This document shows, one piece after another, positions 24,986 to 37,927 of a DNA stretch of 64,000 nucleotides. The notes below the pieces were generated by a model. The model did no database searches, had not been told where the DNA came from, and saw only the letters and a list, made by a program, of their open reading frames with translations. Position numbers and translations under genes: made by a program. Positions within the stretch are counted from its first letter, which is position 1, and every line of letters begins with the position of its first letter. This stretch comes from Stegostoma tigrinum (lineage: Eukaryota): contig NC_081391.1 in NCBI RefSeq assembly GCF_030684315.1, positions 13,307,342 to 13,371,341 of the forward strand. The letters are read 5' to 3'.

Positions 24986-26653
24986 TGTGGCCTGGAGTAC
25001 TGTCTGCTTGGTCTGAATGCATTCCCCACTTCACCCCATGCAATCTGGCTCCTTCCAGGGAAAAGGGGCTTGTAGCAAAGCATGTAATAGCTGTACCAGC
25101 TGAATGGGAATGAATGAAATGTATTGATGTTGCTTCTTGTCCATCATTGAGACCCTTGATATTAAAGAGCTTTTGAGAGTTTCAAGCCTGTAATTTTGGC
25201 AAATGAAATTATTAATTTGACAAAATATTTCCCTGGTCTTCCCTCCAACACCACCGCAGCATCAGTCTCGGAATTCCTGTGGAACTTCCTCTAAGTTATG
25301 AATCGAAGTTATTCCCCCAGCCAGAACTTGAGGTTGGGGCCTGCGGGGTGTAAAATCAGTTTGTACTATTATCTCACACCCAGGTATGATGAATACAGGT
25401 GCAGCTAAAATTTTCATTGCTCTCAAAAGAGAAAACACCCCTGCTTGGCCGAAAGAAAGACTTGACACCCACTTTCAGAGAAACAGGGCTGTTGGATGCT
25501 TTATGTTCATGTCTAGTTTGGTTAGCAACAGCTTCCCTGTCAACCTCCACCAACCGAGACTGATTGCTAAAGTCCACACAAATCACAAGTTGATGCCAAT
25601 GTAAATTCTGTGCCAGCTGGCTCAGCTTGCCGCAACAAGAGCTTAAGGGAAGAGACCCAGCAGCGTCCCCCCTCTAGCCTTGTGGAGGAACCAGCAATGC
25701 TGGGAGCAATAAACTTAAACTTAGCAATGGGGATCTGACACACCTGGTCTATTCTATTGAAATCAATGTTATTACTTTCTCCGGACAGTGCATCCTAGAT
25801 TCACTGAGACCCAGTTGAGGTTCAAGCCAAGACCAGCCCTGTGGCCTCCTGACCCCCACCACCAACTGCCTGCCTCAGGACAGCCATCAGCAGTTGCTCA
25901 CAATGACCAGTTCATTTGTTCCTTCGCCTGAGGAACATGCGCTGCTCTCCCAGGCGATATGGATTAAATCCCCATTGTAGCTCGACAAGAAAGCTCACAC
26001 GGGGGGAACCATTTCCCAGGAGTAATCCAAAGCTGTCCTAATGTGGTTTTGCTCCATTTACTTCCTTGCTCTCTGCCAAGTCTTGGTCAGAAACCCCACC
26101 ACGCCTAGGAATAAACTTCAGGCCAGCCAGCCCAGAGATGGGAATATTCAGCACAAGTCTGCTTGAAAAAATTCACCTGAACTGGATGCACTTAATGCGA
26201 CCGACAGCAGGATAACAGTGACCTGGGAATGACACAGCAACGCTCCTGGTTAAATGTTGCCATTTGATTGGCTCTTGCTGCTAAAGCCAGCATTGAGCGC
26301 ACTCAGCTGCTCCCTTGTTCCTCTGAGCTTCCCCCACGGGGAGCGTTCCTCCTGATGCAGGTTGATTTCACCCGATCACATTGAAGGAGCAGTGTGACTC
26401 AGGGAGGAGACCTGCAGATGCTGACTTTCCTGAATGGCTGCTTCCTTTATCTTTCGAGGTGTCAGAGATCGTGGTTTAGGGAGGGGGCTATCAGAGACAT
26501 CCTGGGGAATGTTTCAGGGAGTTTTGTAGCGAGTGCACACTGCAGCCTTCACTGAGGGTGTGGGTCTTTAAGGCACAGAATGTATTTGTTCCACCACGTA
26601 GAGTTTTATTTTAAACCATCTTGAGTCTTGCGTGTAGAATCCCTGCAGTGCGG

Positions 26654-26733
26654 GAAGAGGTTGTTCAGCCCATTTAGTCTGCACTGATCCTCTGAAGAGG
26701 TTGTTCAGCCCATTTAGTCTGCACTGATCCTCT
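26654..26733. repeat. 40-bp perfect tandem duplication
   Basis: GAAGAGGTTGTTCAGCCCATTTAGTCTGCACTGATCCTCT twice; single at the homologous sites ~36025 and ~52795. Confidence 0.9.
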
Positions 26734-27733
26734 GAACAGCATCTTGTTCAGACACACCCTGCCTTCTTACGCCATCTTTCCCACGGCCACTCCAAAATAA
26801 ACTGCATGTCTTTGGACTGTGGGAGGAGGCCCACACAGGCACGGGGAGGATGTGCAGCCTCCACACGTGACTGGAATTGACCCCAGGTCCCTGGCACTAT
26901 GAGGCAGTAATGCTGACCATTAAAATACCCTGCCATCCAAAAGTTACAAAAAACAGGAACACTCTGTTGCACAGAATTAGAGTGAATGACTCATTTCTTA
27001 CGGAAACAGACCCTTCGGTCCTACCCGTCCATGCTGACGGGGTTTCCCAACCTGACATAGTCCCACTTGCCTGCCTTTGGCCCATATCCTTCTAAACCAT
27101 TCCTTTCCATGTAAATCTCCAAATGTCACTTAAATGTTGTAATTCTAACTACATCCACCACTGTCTCTGACAGCTCGTTCTAAACATACACACCACCTTC
27201 TGTATGAAAATGTTGCCCCTCATGTCCCCATCAAATCTTACCCCTCTCCCCTCAAACCGATGCCCTCTAATTTTGGACGCCCCCCCCCCCCCCCGATCCT
27301 GTCCCAGCATGCTTTTTATATACAGTCAATCTTGAGTGTGCCAACGGCAAGGCTACATTTAGTGTTCAGCAACTGTTACACTTCAGGAGGTGGTGATGAG
27401 CTGCTTATTACAGTCCACCTGGTGTAGGAGAGACCGGAATGATGCTGCTGCTGTTGCTGAGGAGGGGCTTCTGGGATCTTCACTCACAAACACTGATATT
27501 ATTCCAAGTCAGGATGGTGACGGATTTACTTGGAGCTGCTTCAGTGTCACTGGGGCGGCATTGAGCTGGAAAATTGCAAGCTTCTCCAGCATTATTCCCA
27601 ACTTCAGTCTTATCGATGGTGGACAGACTCTGGAAAGTCTGAAGTAGAGTTATTCACAACAGAATTCCCAGACTCTGACTTGGTCTCAAAGCCATGAGCA
27701 CATGAATTAGGACTGACCTCTGCCCATGGTTTC

Positions 27734-29142
27734 TTAGAAAATAGAACCTAGAACAGTGCAGCACAGTTCACGCCCTTCAGCCCACGATGTTGTTTCGAAC
27801 TTTTATCCTAAACCCAAGGCCTATCTCACCTCCACTACCTTATACTATCATCCATATGCTTATCTAATAGCCGCTTAATTGCCCCTAACGAGGCCGACTC
27901 CACGACACTCTCTGGCAATGCATTCCACGCCCCAGCCACTCTCTGAGTAAAGAACCTGCCTCTGACATCCACCCTATATCTACCTCCACTCACTTCAAAA
28001 CTATGCCCCCTCATAATAGCTAACTCCATCCTAGGAAAAAGTCCCTGGCTGTCTAATCTGCCTATACTTATGATCATTTTGTACACCTCTATAAAGTCAC
28101 CTCTCATCCTTTGTTCTGAAGAGAAAAGCCCTCGTTCTCTAAACGTTTCTTCGTAAGATCTTCCCTCCATTCCAAGCAACATCCTGGTAAATCTCCTCTG
28201 CACCTTTTCTAACACTTCCACATCTTTCCTGGAATGAGGTGACCAGAACTGGTCACAATACTCTAGATGTGGCCAAACCAGGCTTTTGTATAGCTGGAGC
28301 ATAACTTCACAGCTCTTGAACTCAATCCCTCTATGAATGAAAGCTAACACACCACATGCCTTCTTAACAACTCTATCCACCTGACTGGCAGCTTTCAGGG
28401 AACTGTGGACATGAACCCCGAGATCCATCTGCTCCTCCACACTGCCAAGAATCTTTCCGTTAACCCTGTGTTCTGCTTTCAAATTTGTCCTTCCAAAATG
28501 AATCACTTCACGCTTTTCAGGGTTAAACTCCATCTGCCACTTCTCAGCCCCACTCAATACCCGACCAATGTCCTTTTGTAACCTAGAACAGCCCTCCACA
28601 CTATCCACAAGTCAAATCACCTTCGTATCTTCCAAAAACTTACTAATCCGCCATTCCACTCCTACATCCAAATCATTTAACAAAATCATAAATAAAAGAG
28701 GACCCCGAACAGACCCTTGAGGTACACCACTCGTAACTGAGCGCCATGTTGAATATTTTCAGTCAACTGTCACCCATGTCTTCTATGGGTCAGCCAATTC
28801 TGAATCCAATCTGCCACATTTCCCCCGTCGCATGCCTCCTGACTTTCTGCATGAGCCTGCCATGGGGAACCTTATCAAAAGCCTTACTTCAATCCATGTA
28901 TCCCACATTCACTGATCTACCTTCATCCACATGTTTGGTCATCCCTTCAAAGAATTCAATCAGATTTGTGAGGCATGATGTACGCCTCACAAATCCACAC
29001 TGGCCGTCACAAATCATACTGTGCCTGTGCAAGTGATAATTAATTCTGTTTCTTAGAGCCCTTCCCATTAATTTGCCCACCACTGGCATAAGACTAGCTG
29101 GCCTGTAATTTCCAGGGTTACCCCATTCCCTTTTTTGAACAC
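27734..29142 (-). mobile_element. 5'-truncated CR1 LINE (RT domain), minus strand, upstream of copy 4
   Basis: Minus ORFs 28889-29170 (PGNYRPASL..SCLTNLIEFF) and 27835-28608 (WQMEFN..HLEYC.QFWSP..FFTQRV); TGTTCTAGGTTCTA tail at ~27735-27755; empty homologous site at ~37005. Confidence 0.92.
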
Positions 29143-30206
29143 ATGAATAATATTCAAACTTGTCATTCAAAGCTAAAAGATAGCACTAGATTGCATCCTG
29201 CTTTTTGAAGCAGATATTGAGTGAAAGTAACTTGCTTCCACCAATCTGTACATCAGTGCTGTGATCATACTCGAACGTTCATTGGGGATCCTCAATTCCC
29301 AAAGCCTCACAGACCACCAGTCCATGGGAGGCTGCTCCATTCAACGCAGTTTCTGAGCCATACATTCTACAGAATGTAATGTAAACAGGACCAGCAACTC
29401 TCCACTTGGAAACATGCTGGACTTAAGCTCTCGATTTACTTCATTCAATTAAAAACCAAACTTTGCGAAAGAAAGTTTGCATGTGCTATACATTTCCAGC
29501 AGCAATGTAGACAGGGAGGTGTGAGGTCTACTATGCAGGAGAGGCACTCAGCACATTTAGCACCTTGCTTTTCAAACTGCACTTCATGAACCCAACGTCA
29601 AGGAGATCACAGCAGATTCAGAATGGATCCACAAAGGAATGAGCTTCCTGTATGAGGTAACCCAAAAGCACATTGTTTCTGTCGCGGCACAGCAATAAGA
29701 AAATGTTTACTGTTAACAAAATCTGGCCATTTTTCAATGGGCTCCAACGCTGTTATTCAACAAGTACAAAGACTAATCCCTCAGAGTAACAAACTGACAG
29801 AATTCTGCCAATCTGTGATGAGTGTGTCTTAAGATATAATTTCAGATACAATCTTGAAGTTTTAGAGTATATTTTATTGTCATTTTCACAGAGAAATATT
29901 TCCAGGATTTGCACTTGTGCAGGAGGTCAAAGGTCAGTCAGCAATTCTATCATCGACCCGTTGTCAATTCTGATCGTTTTCTGGATCCAATTCCCATCCT
30001 GCACTGATTGGACGTGGCAGCTGATCAATTGATGAACGAGAGTGATCGACCATCACTGATGATCTCATTTCCTGCTCAAGAAAATAAAGGGCTGCTGCTC
30101 GAGTAAAAAAAATGTCCCAAGAGAGTGATGTTTATGGTGTAGTTGGTTATCTTTCCAAGTTTGTTATTTGATTTTGGAGGAAAAGGAAAGCTATTTTCTT
30201 CATAAA

Positions 30207-33200
30207 ATGGCCTCCCAGATTCGTCAGAACTATCACCAGGATTGTGAAGCTGCTGTCAACAAGCAGATTAATGTGGAGCTCACTGCCTCCTATCTCTATC
30301 AGTCTTTGGTGAGTTTTGTCTTGATGGAGTTAAAATTAAATCTATTCTGCAAAAATGAGCTGATCCTCTTGTTTCAAATTAACTTCATAGTCTTGTAGAT
30401 TTGAGGTGTTTCAGTTTGCACCTTTAAAAATCATTTTGGGATAAATGTGATGCCCTTTGGTGACAATGGATTTTGATATTGATGTACAGTATCTAATTCA
30501 CCAGCTGGGATTGAGTGATAGATGGAGGGCAAATTGTTCTGTGAATTATTTTACAATTTACTGCCAGGCCTTTGCCTGGTGGTAACTGTCATTTTCCTCC
30601 CCAGAATTGACCAGACTTTACTAAAATTAGATGTAATGGTGTTGGGAGTTGTATGCACCCCTTGGCTAGTCATCCTGTAACATTTTAATATACCTTGATC
30701 ACACTTACTTTGTGCTCTGATCCTAAATACACATCATGCCAGTTTCCATTCTGTGATGGAGAATGATGGCAGTGACTGGCTTCTCTGAGCATATGCACGT
30801 GTAACTTGCATTGAGGAGGCCTCAGATGTGGACTAGTTGGCTTTCTGCATTCTCAGTTCATGAATGGACTGTTAGTGGTCAGGAAGTCACTTGTTGTCCA
30901 TTCCTCCAATACATCAATGCTCTCCTGTGAGTGCATGCACAGGGTGTCTGGAATAACCTGAGGTCTTCACTTCACCAAAAAAGGTGAAGAATTGGAGTTT
31001 CAAATTCCCACGGTATGGGAAATGGTGCCTTTCTCCAGGGAGCACTGTGCCTATGGCCTCTCAAAATGGCAGGCTATAATGGTTTGGAAATGTTGAAGCA
31101 GCTTTTGAAGGCTGCTAGGTACCTGGTAGATAGTGGACACTAGGAGTGCATTCACTCACTCCCTTCAATGAGGTGGGCTGCTCTGTCCTGCATAGTGTCT
31201 GCTTTGTGCATGTTGCAGCTCCACTTCTTGGGGGGAAAAAGGGAGAATATTCATCCCTCGTGGGGCTTATCACTGAGAAGCATTCTCTTCCCACGCTTTC
31301 AGGATGAAATCCCTGTACCCTTCCCTTTAGCAGGTGGGAACAGCTATCACCAATAAGCCTGTTGGGTCTTAACTGTCAGTGGTGTCCCATATCAATTGGG
31401 CAGCATGTGCCCAAACAACCCACTATTGTACATCTGTAAGATGCAGCTACCCAAGTAAAGTCAGAGAAAGTTGCATAACTGTTTTTAGACGAAAGAAACT
31501 TCTCAGCCTGATCAGTAGGAACTAGATAACCTGCTCTAACAAGGTGTAGAGCTGGATGAACACAGCAGGCCAAGCAGCATCGGGGGAGCAGGGAAGCTGA
31601 TGTTTTGGGCCTGGACCCTTGAGAAATGGGGAGGGGAAGAGGTCCCTGAAATAGCAAGGGGTGGGGAGGTGGATGGATGAGGGATCAAGAAACAGGTGGT
31701 GAGGAGACTCCGGTCTGAGGTAAGGATGGAGCCAATAAAGTCAAGTGAGTTGGGTAGGCCTGTCCAGGGAGGTGGGGATGGGGTTTGAGGTGGCGGGGGA
31801 GGTGGGGTGGGGTGGTGTGGGGAAGTAGGTGGGAGGAAGGATGGACAAGTTAGGGAGGTGGGGACTAGCTGAGCTGTGACTGGGGGAAGGGAGATCTTTC
31901 AGCTTAAGTCCTCACTGATACCATTGGGCTGCAGGGTTCCCAAGCAGAATACAAGGTGCTGTTCCTGCAACCTTTGGGTGGCATTGGAGGCCCAGAATGA
32001 ACATCAACTGTCCCCTCCTGCTCCTCTGGAGGGGAAGTAGTTTGTGACTGGGAGGTGCAGCTGCTGATCACGAGCCCAGCATAGGCACTCCACAAAGTGG
32101 TGTCAAGCCTCTGCTCGGCTTTCCTGATGTAGAGGAGGCCACGTTAGGAACAGTGGGTACAGTATATCTCACTGCAGATGTGTAGGTCCACTTCTTCTTG
32201 ATGTGGAAGGTCTTGGGGCCTGGGATGAGGGGAGGTGTAGCACAATCTGTGTGGCAGGAAAAAAGCCCTGGCTAGTGGAATGGACAAGGGAATCAGTGGT
32301 CTCTCCAGAAGGCAGCTAAGGTTGGGGAGGTAAAAAAATGTCTTTGTCAGATCGTAGATGGGATAAGTGCCAGAGGATGCTGCACTGGATCCTGTCATTG
32401 AGGTGGTACTGAAGGATGAGAGGATTCTGTTTTGGTTGTGTGCGGGATAAGATGCAAGACCGGTTGTGTTTTTCTTCCACTAAAGGGAAGTTACGCTCCC
32501 TCGGAAAACGAGGACATCTGGGATGCCCAGGAGTAGAATGCCTCCCCTCAGGGCTGGAGGTGAAGGAATTGGATTAGGGGATGGCGTTTTCCTTCCACAG
32601 GAAGGTGGGTAAGGTGTATTCTAGGTAGCTGTAGGAGTCAGTAGGTTTGAAATAGATCAAAGATTGATCGACAAACTTAAGGTTGAGGTAGAAGGCTCTA
32701 ATGAATTAGAGGAACCGTTCAAGCTCCTTGTGGGATGTAATGGAGGAAGATGTGGAGTTTATGGCCCATCTCCCTGTAGAAGGATTGTTCCACATATCCT
32801 AACAGAAGCAGGCACAGCCTGGGCCCATGCAGGTACCTATGGCCACCCCCTTCCTCTGTAGGAGGTGGGAGGAATTGAAGGAGAAGTTAGGGGTGAGGAT
32901 GAGTTGGCTAGTGGACAAGGTTGTTGGTGAATGAGGACCAGTCAGGCCTGCAGGATGAGAGAAGCAGAGGGCCTTCGGCTATCTCCATGGGGAATGGATG
33001 AGGTTGGAGGCTGTGGGTGGGAGGTCATCTCCAGTGAGGTTGTAGATGGACGAGGAGATGGTTTGGTGGTCAGGGGTGGAGTCATGATCAAGGGCGGGGT
33101 GGTAGGAGGTATCGGCTGCTCTTCCACACAACTACATGTGGAACTCCAGCTCCTGGCATTTCCTTAAACCCTGTTCAGTCACGAACTTCATCCAATTCTG

Positions 33201-34771
33201 ATGGTGCTTAGAGTGGAAATGTTCTTCTCTCTACAGACAAGAACAGGCCTGGGCACCTCAGGTTTTTGTCAAGGAATTTTAAAAAGTGTTTGCCTGGTTA
33301 CCAGGAGGAGGCGAGGGTTGTTCTTGATGATCCTTGAACTGGAGCCACTGGCTCATTGGACAATGGTTCTCATCCACCTTGATGTATTCAAAAAAGTCAT
33401 GTTTATTGACTTCTCAATTTGATTGAAGGCTAAACCAGTCATGTCTGGCACCAATTGTATGATGCTTAATGGGTATAACTTGTTTTCTCCCAGATGTCCT
33501 ACTTTGACCGGGACGATGTTGCCGTCCCCCATGTCTCCCAGTTCTTCAAAGATCAGTCCCAGGAGAAGCAGGAACATGCAGAGAAGCTGCTGAAATTCCA
33601 GAATCAGCATGGAGGCAGTCCTCCTCCAGGATGTGAAGGTTGGTGTTGGGTTTTTGGGGTGGGGGGAGTTGGGTGGTAGAGAGTGGCTGCTCCTCAGGGA
33701 TGGCACAGTGACTCAGTGTTTCCCATGCATGCCTCAGTGCCAGGGATCCAAGTTTGGTTCTTGGTTCTAGGCTCCAGTGAATGACTGACGTTTACTTGCT
33801 CTTGCCATGTCCACATTGGCTTCACGGTTCAATGATGTGTGGGTTAGAAGGATTGCCATTTAAAATGCAGGGTTACACGAATAAGAAGGGACTTGTAGCG
33901 ACGAATGTAGTGGCTGTGCCTGCCGATTGGGGATGAATAAAATGATGTCGTGACCTTGGTTATTGTCACCATGACTCAAATAGCCTGTTCCCATGCTGCA
34001 GAGATTGTGAAGCTTACCTGTCCTCTCTCCATCCGCAGAAGCCAGAGAGGGATGAGTGGGGTAACAGCCTGCAGGCAATGCAGGTCGCCCTGGATCTGGA
34101 GAAGAATGTGAACCAGAGTTGGCTGGATATGCACCTAGTCGCCACAGCCCAGACTGACCCTCATGTTAGCCTTCCCACCACCTCATTCTGATCACTGCTG
34201 GGCCCTCAGGGCAACACCTCATTGGTCTTTTGTAGATTAAAATTCACTCGGATACTTGGATCACAATGTAATATCTGAACAGTATGTTCATTTAATCAAC
34301 ATCAAAGCAGCTCAGCTATGAGCTGAAATGGGAATTTGGATTCACTACCAGGAGTGATGTTGGCCAATGAATTCACTCTCAGGGCCACTTGCATTAGAAT
34401 GATCATCGTCTGTCACAGTTCAGCTCAGCTCCATTTCACAAACAAGAAGGTGCATCTGGAACGTTACTGTCCTCACTGGCGCAACATCTCCTAGATGTCA
34501 GTGGCTTTTCCAGCTGTCGAGGGCCAGTTATGGTGGGGTCTGTTTCGCAGTGGGAATTCTGAAAATTTCCTGGATCATGCAAATGTACCAAGTTGCCATA
34601 ATTCCTCTGTTGCAGCTGTGTGACTTCCTGGAGACCCACTATTTGGATGAGGAGGAGGAGATCATCAAGCAACTTGGGGACTACATCACCAACCTGAAGT
34701 GCCTGGGAGCCCCTGAGAATGGGATGGGAGAGTACCTGTTTGACAGGCTCTCCCTGGAGGACAGCAGTTTG
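30207..34771 (+). pseudogene. Ferritin copy 4 (lineage D) pseudogene; exons 30207-30308, 33494-33638, 34039-34164, 34616-34771
   Basis: 2-nt deletion in exon 2 (GGCAGTC vs GGCAGAGTC; 145 nt); stop codon TAG changed to TTG (frame open to 34861); excess substitutions (QHGG, QSWLDMHL, EEEE, KCL); TATA decayed to TAAAAAAAA at ~30104; DR1 still intact at 29924-29936. Confidence 0.88.
31538..33115 (-). mobile_element. Degenerate Penelope-like retroelement (RT + GIY-YIG) in intron 1 of copy 4
   Basis: Minus-strand translation gives TSSIPHGD (~32980-33005; cf. YTSIPH), GVAIGTCMGP (~32821-32850; cf. GVAMG..MGP) and IYCTHCS*RGLLYIRKAEQRL (~32105-32168; cf. GIY-YIG VIY..C..C...YIGETKRRL); terminal pLTR-like segment at 31540-31625. 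Confidence 0.8.
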
Positions 34772-37653
34772 TGTGGCCTGGAGTACTGTCTGCTTGGTCT
34801 GAATGCAGTCCCCACTTCACCCTGGACAACCTGTCTCCTTCCAGGGAGAAGGGGCTTGTAGCAAAGAATGTAATGGCTGTACCAGCTGAATGCAAATGAA
34901 TAAAATGATGTGTTTATCTTGGTTCTTGTCCATCATTCAGACAGCTGGATGCTGTCGGCTTTCACCAATAGGCCTATGGGAAGAGATATCAGGCTCTGCT
35001 TTCTACCCAGGTGCAGGAAACAGCTCAGTTGGGACTGAGATGAGTTCAACCTGACTCGTATCCTCCCAATGGGCCCTGACATGACCAGCATATTCTGTTT
35101 TTCATTTGCTGCCTTTATCCCATGTGGACACAGCCTAAAGTTACTGGGAGCGAGTGAAGGTTCAAACCCAGGCCAGTACTGGTGGGCTGTGACCTACCCT
35201 GCCTTGTTCCAGCCTACTGTAGTTGATTGCACTGAACGGTTCATTCCTCTTTTCATGGGAGTTAAATATGCTGCTACCCTGAAGGGACCTTGGCGTAATT
35301 ACCCTTAGCCTCGAGTCAATTCTCCTAGGAGCATTCTGAAGCTGGCCTAATGTGGCTTTTGTCAGTTTACTTTCTCTGACCTGTTCCAACACCTTCATTC
35401 CTTTTCTCACCCCTCCCACCACCCCACTCCTAGCAATAAACTTCCACCCTGCCAGTCGACAGCTGGGAAAATTCAGCCCCAACATTGACAGCACCCATTT
35501 TCCATGGAGTTGGCTCAGGAAATTATCCTGAACTGTTACATGCTCATGTATGAACTCAATACCACTTACAGCAGGATCAGTGTGTCTTTGGGAGTAACAC
35601 AGCAACACTCGTGGTTCAATGCTGCCATTTGATTGGCTCTTACTGCTAAAAGCAGCATTGAGTGCACTAAGCTGCTCCCTTGGTTCCTCTGTGCTTCCCC
35701 TACGGGGAGGGTTACTCCTGATGCAGGTAGATTACAACCGATCACATTGAAGGAACAGTGTGACTCAGGGAGGAGAACTGGAGATGCTGACTTTCCTGTG
35801 CAGCTGCTTCCTTTACCTTTTCGAGGTGTCAGAGAGATGATGGGTTGAGGAGGGGGTTATCGGAGACAGCCTGAGGATTGTTTCAGGGAGTTTTGTAGCG
35901 AGTGCACGCTGCAGCCTTCACTGAAGGTGTGGGTCGTTCAGGCACTGAATGTATTTGTTCCACTACATAAAGTGTTTTATTTCAAACAATCCTGAGTCTT
36001 GGCTGTAGAATCCCCGCAGTGCGGGAAGAGGTTGTTCAGCCCCTTTAGTCTGCACTGATCCTCTGAACAGCATCTTGTTCAAACACACCCTGTCTTCTTG
36101 CCCCCAATCTTTCTATCCCACAGCCGTTCCAAAATAAACTGCATATCTCTGGACTGTGGGAGGGAAGGAACCCCCACAGACACGGGGAGGATGTGCAGCC
36201 TCCTGAGAGTTGCCCATGACTGGAATGACATGTGGGTCCCGGGCACTATGCAGCAGTAGTGCTCGTCATTAAGAAACCATGCCACCTAAAGTAACAAAAA
36301 CAGAAGCACCCTGTTGCATATGATGAGAGTCGCAAACACATTCATTACAGAAATAGACCCCATTGCCCCTGCTGATGAGGTTTCCACGTTTGGCCCATTT
36401 CCCTTTAATGCCATTCCTTTCCATGTAAATCAGCAGATGGCTTTCAAATGTTCTAATTATGCCACTTCCTCTAACAGTGTATTTCATATACAGATCACCC
36501 TCTGTGAGGATAGAGTTGGCCTTCTGGTTCCCTTTCACATCTTTCCCCTCAAACCCATGTCTTCTAGTTTTGGACTCCCCTACCATGTCCCAGCATGCTT
36601 TTTACATACCGTCAACCTTGAGTGTGCCAGTGGCAAGGCTACATTTAGTGCTCAGCAACTGTTACACTTCAGGAGGTGGTGATGAGCTGCTTATTACAGT
36701 CCACCTGGTGTCGGCGAGACCGGAATGATGCTGCTGAGGAGGGGCTTCTGGGATTTTCAGTCACAAGCAGGGGTATTGTTCCAAGTCAGGATGGTGACGG
36801 ATTTACATGGAGCTGCTTGAGCAATGTTGGGGCTGCATTGAGTCAGCAAATTGTAAAGTATTCATTAACACTTCCTAACTGTGGTTTTGACGATGATGGA
36901 CAGGCTTTGCAAAGTCAGCAGTTGAGTTATTCACAACAGAATTCCTCGCATCTGACTTGCTCTTAAACCCATGACGATTCACAAGGTGTGATCTCAGACC
37001 ATGGTTTATGTATAATATTCATACTTGTAAGTTAATCTAATAGGACGAGACTGCAACCTGGTATTTGAAGCAGATATTGAGACAAAGTAACTTGCTTCCA
37101 CCAGTCTGTACATCAGTGCTGTGATCATACCCCAACATCTTCAATTCCCAAAGCCTCACAGGCCACCAGTCCATGGGAGGCTGCTCCATGCAACACAATC
37201 AAGGTTGCCTGTGCTACACATTTCCAGCAGCAATTTAGACAGGGAGGCCTAAGGCCTACTGTGTAGAAGGAGACACTCAGCACATTTAACGATTGCCTTT
37301 CAAACTGGGCTTCATGAGACCCAATGTCAAGGAGATCACAGCAGGTTCAGAATGGATCCACAAAGTACATCAGTTACACGTACGAGATGACCCAAAAGCA
37401 CATTCATTCTGTTGATGCACAGCAGTAGGAAAATGTTTAATGTCAACAAAATCTAGCCATTTTGCAATGGACTCCAACACTGTCATTCGAAACATATGAA
37501 GACAAATCCCTCAGAGTAACAAACTGACAGAATTCAGCAAATCTGTGATGAGCGTGTCTTAATAGTTAACCTCAGATACTCAAGTGAAGTTGTAGAGTAT
37601 ATTTTATTGTCATTTTTAGGTTGATATACTTACCGAATTTGTACTTGTGCAGG

Positions 37654-37841
37654 AGGTCAAAGGTTAAGCAGCAATTCTATCATCGACCAGTTGTCAATTC
37701 TGATCGGTTTCTGGATCCAATTCCCATCCTGCACTGATTGGATGTGGCAGCTGATCAAGTGATTAACAAGAGTGTTTGGCCATCACTGATGATCTCATTT
37801 CCTGCTTCAGAAAATGAGTGTTGGCTCCTGGAGTATAAATA
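37654..37841 (+). promoter_or_regulatory. Core promoter of copy 5 (DR1 with 1 mismatch, CCAAT, TATA)
   Basis: AGGTCAAAGGTTA 37654-37666; TATAAATA 37834-37841. Confidence 0.65.
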
Positions 37842-37927
37842 GAGTCCCACGGCAGGGATGTTCACTGTTGCTCTTAGCTTTGTTATTTTGGTGGTGAGGA
37901 AAATAAAGCAAGCTTTTCCTTTATAAG

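Noticed and set aside
25440-25780. Possible solo LTR downstream of lineage-C copies
   Set aside because: Could not identify TG...CA termini or a target duplication by eye.
26654-26733. Repeat pair as CRISPR-like array
   Set aside because: Two adjacent units without spacer in vertebrate DNA; simple tandem duplication.
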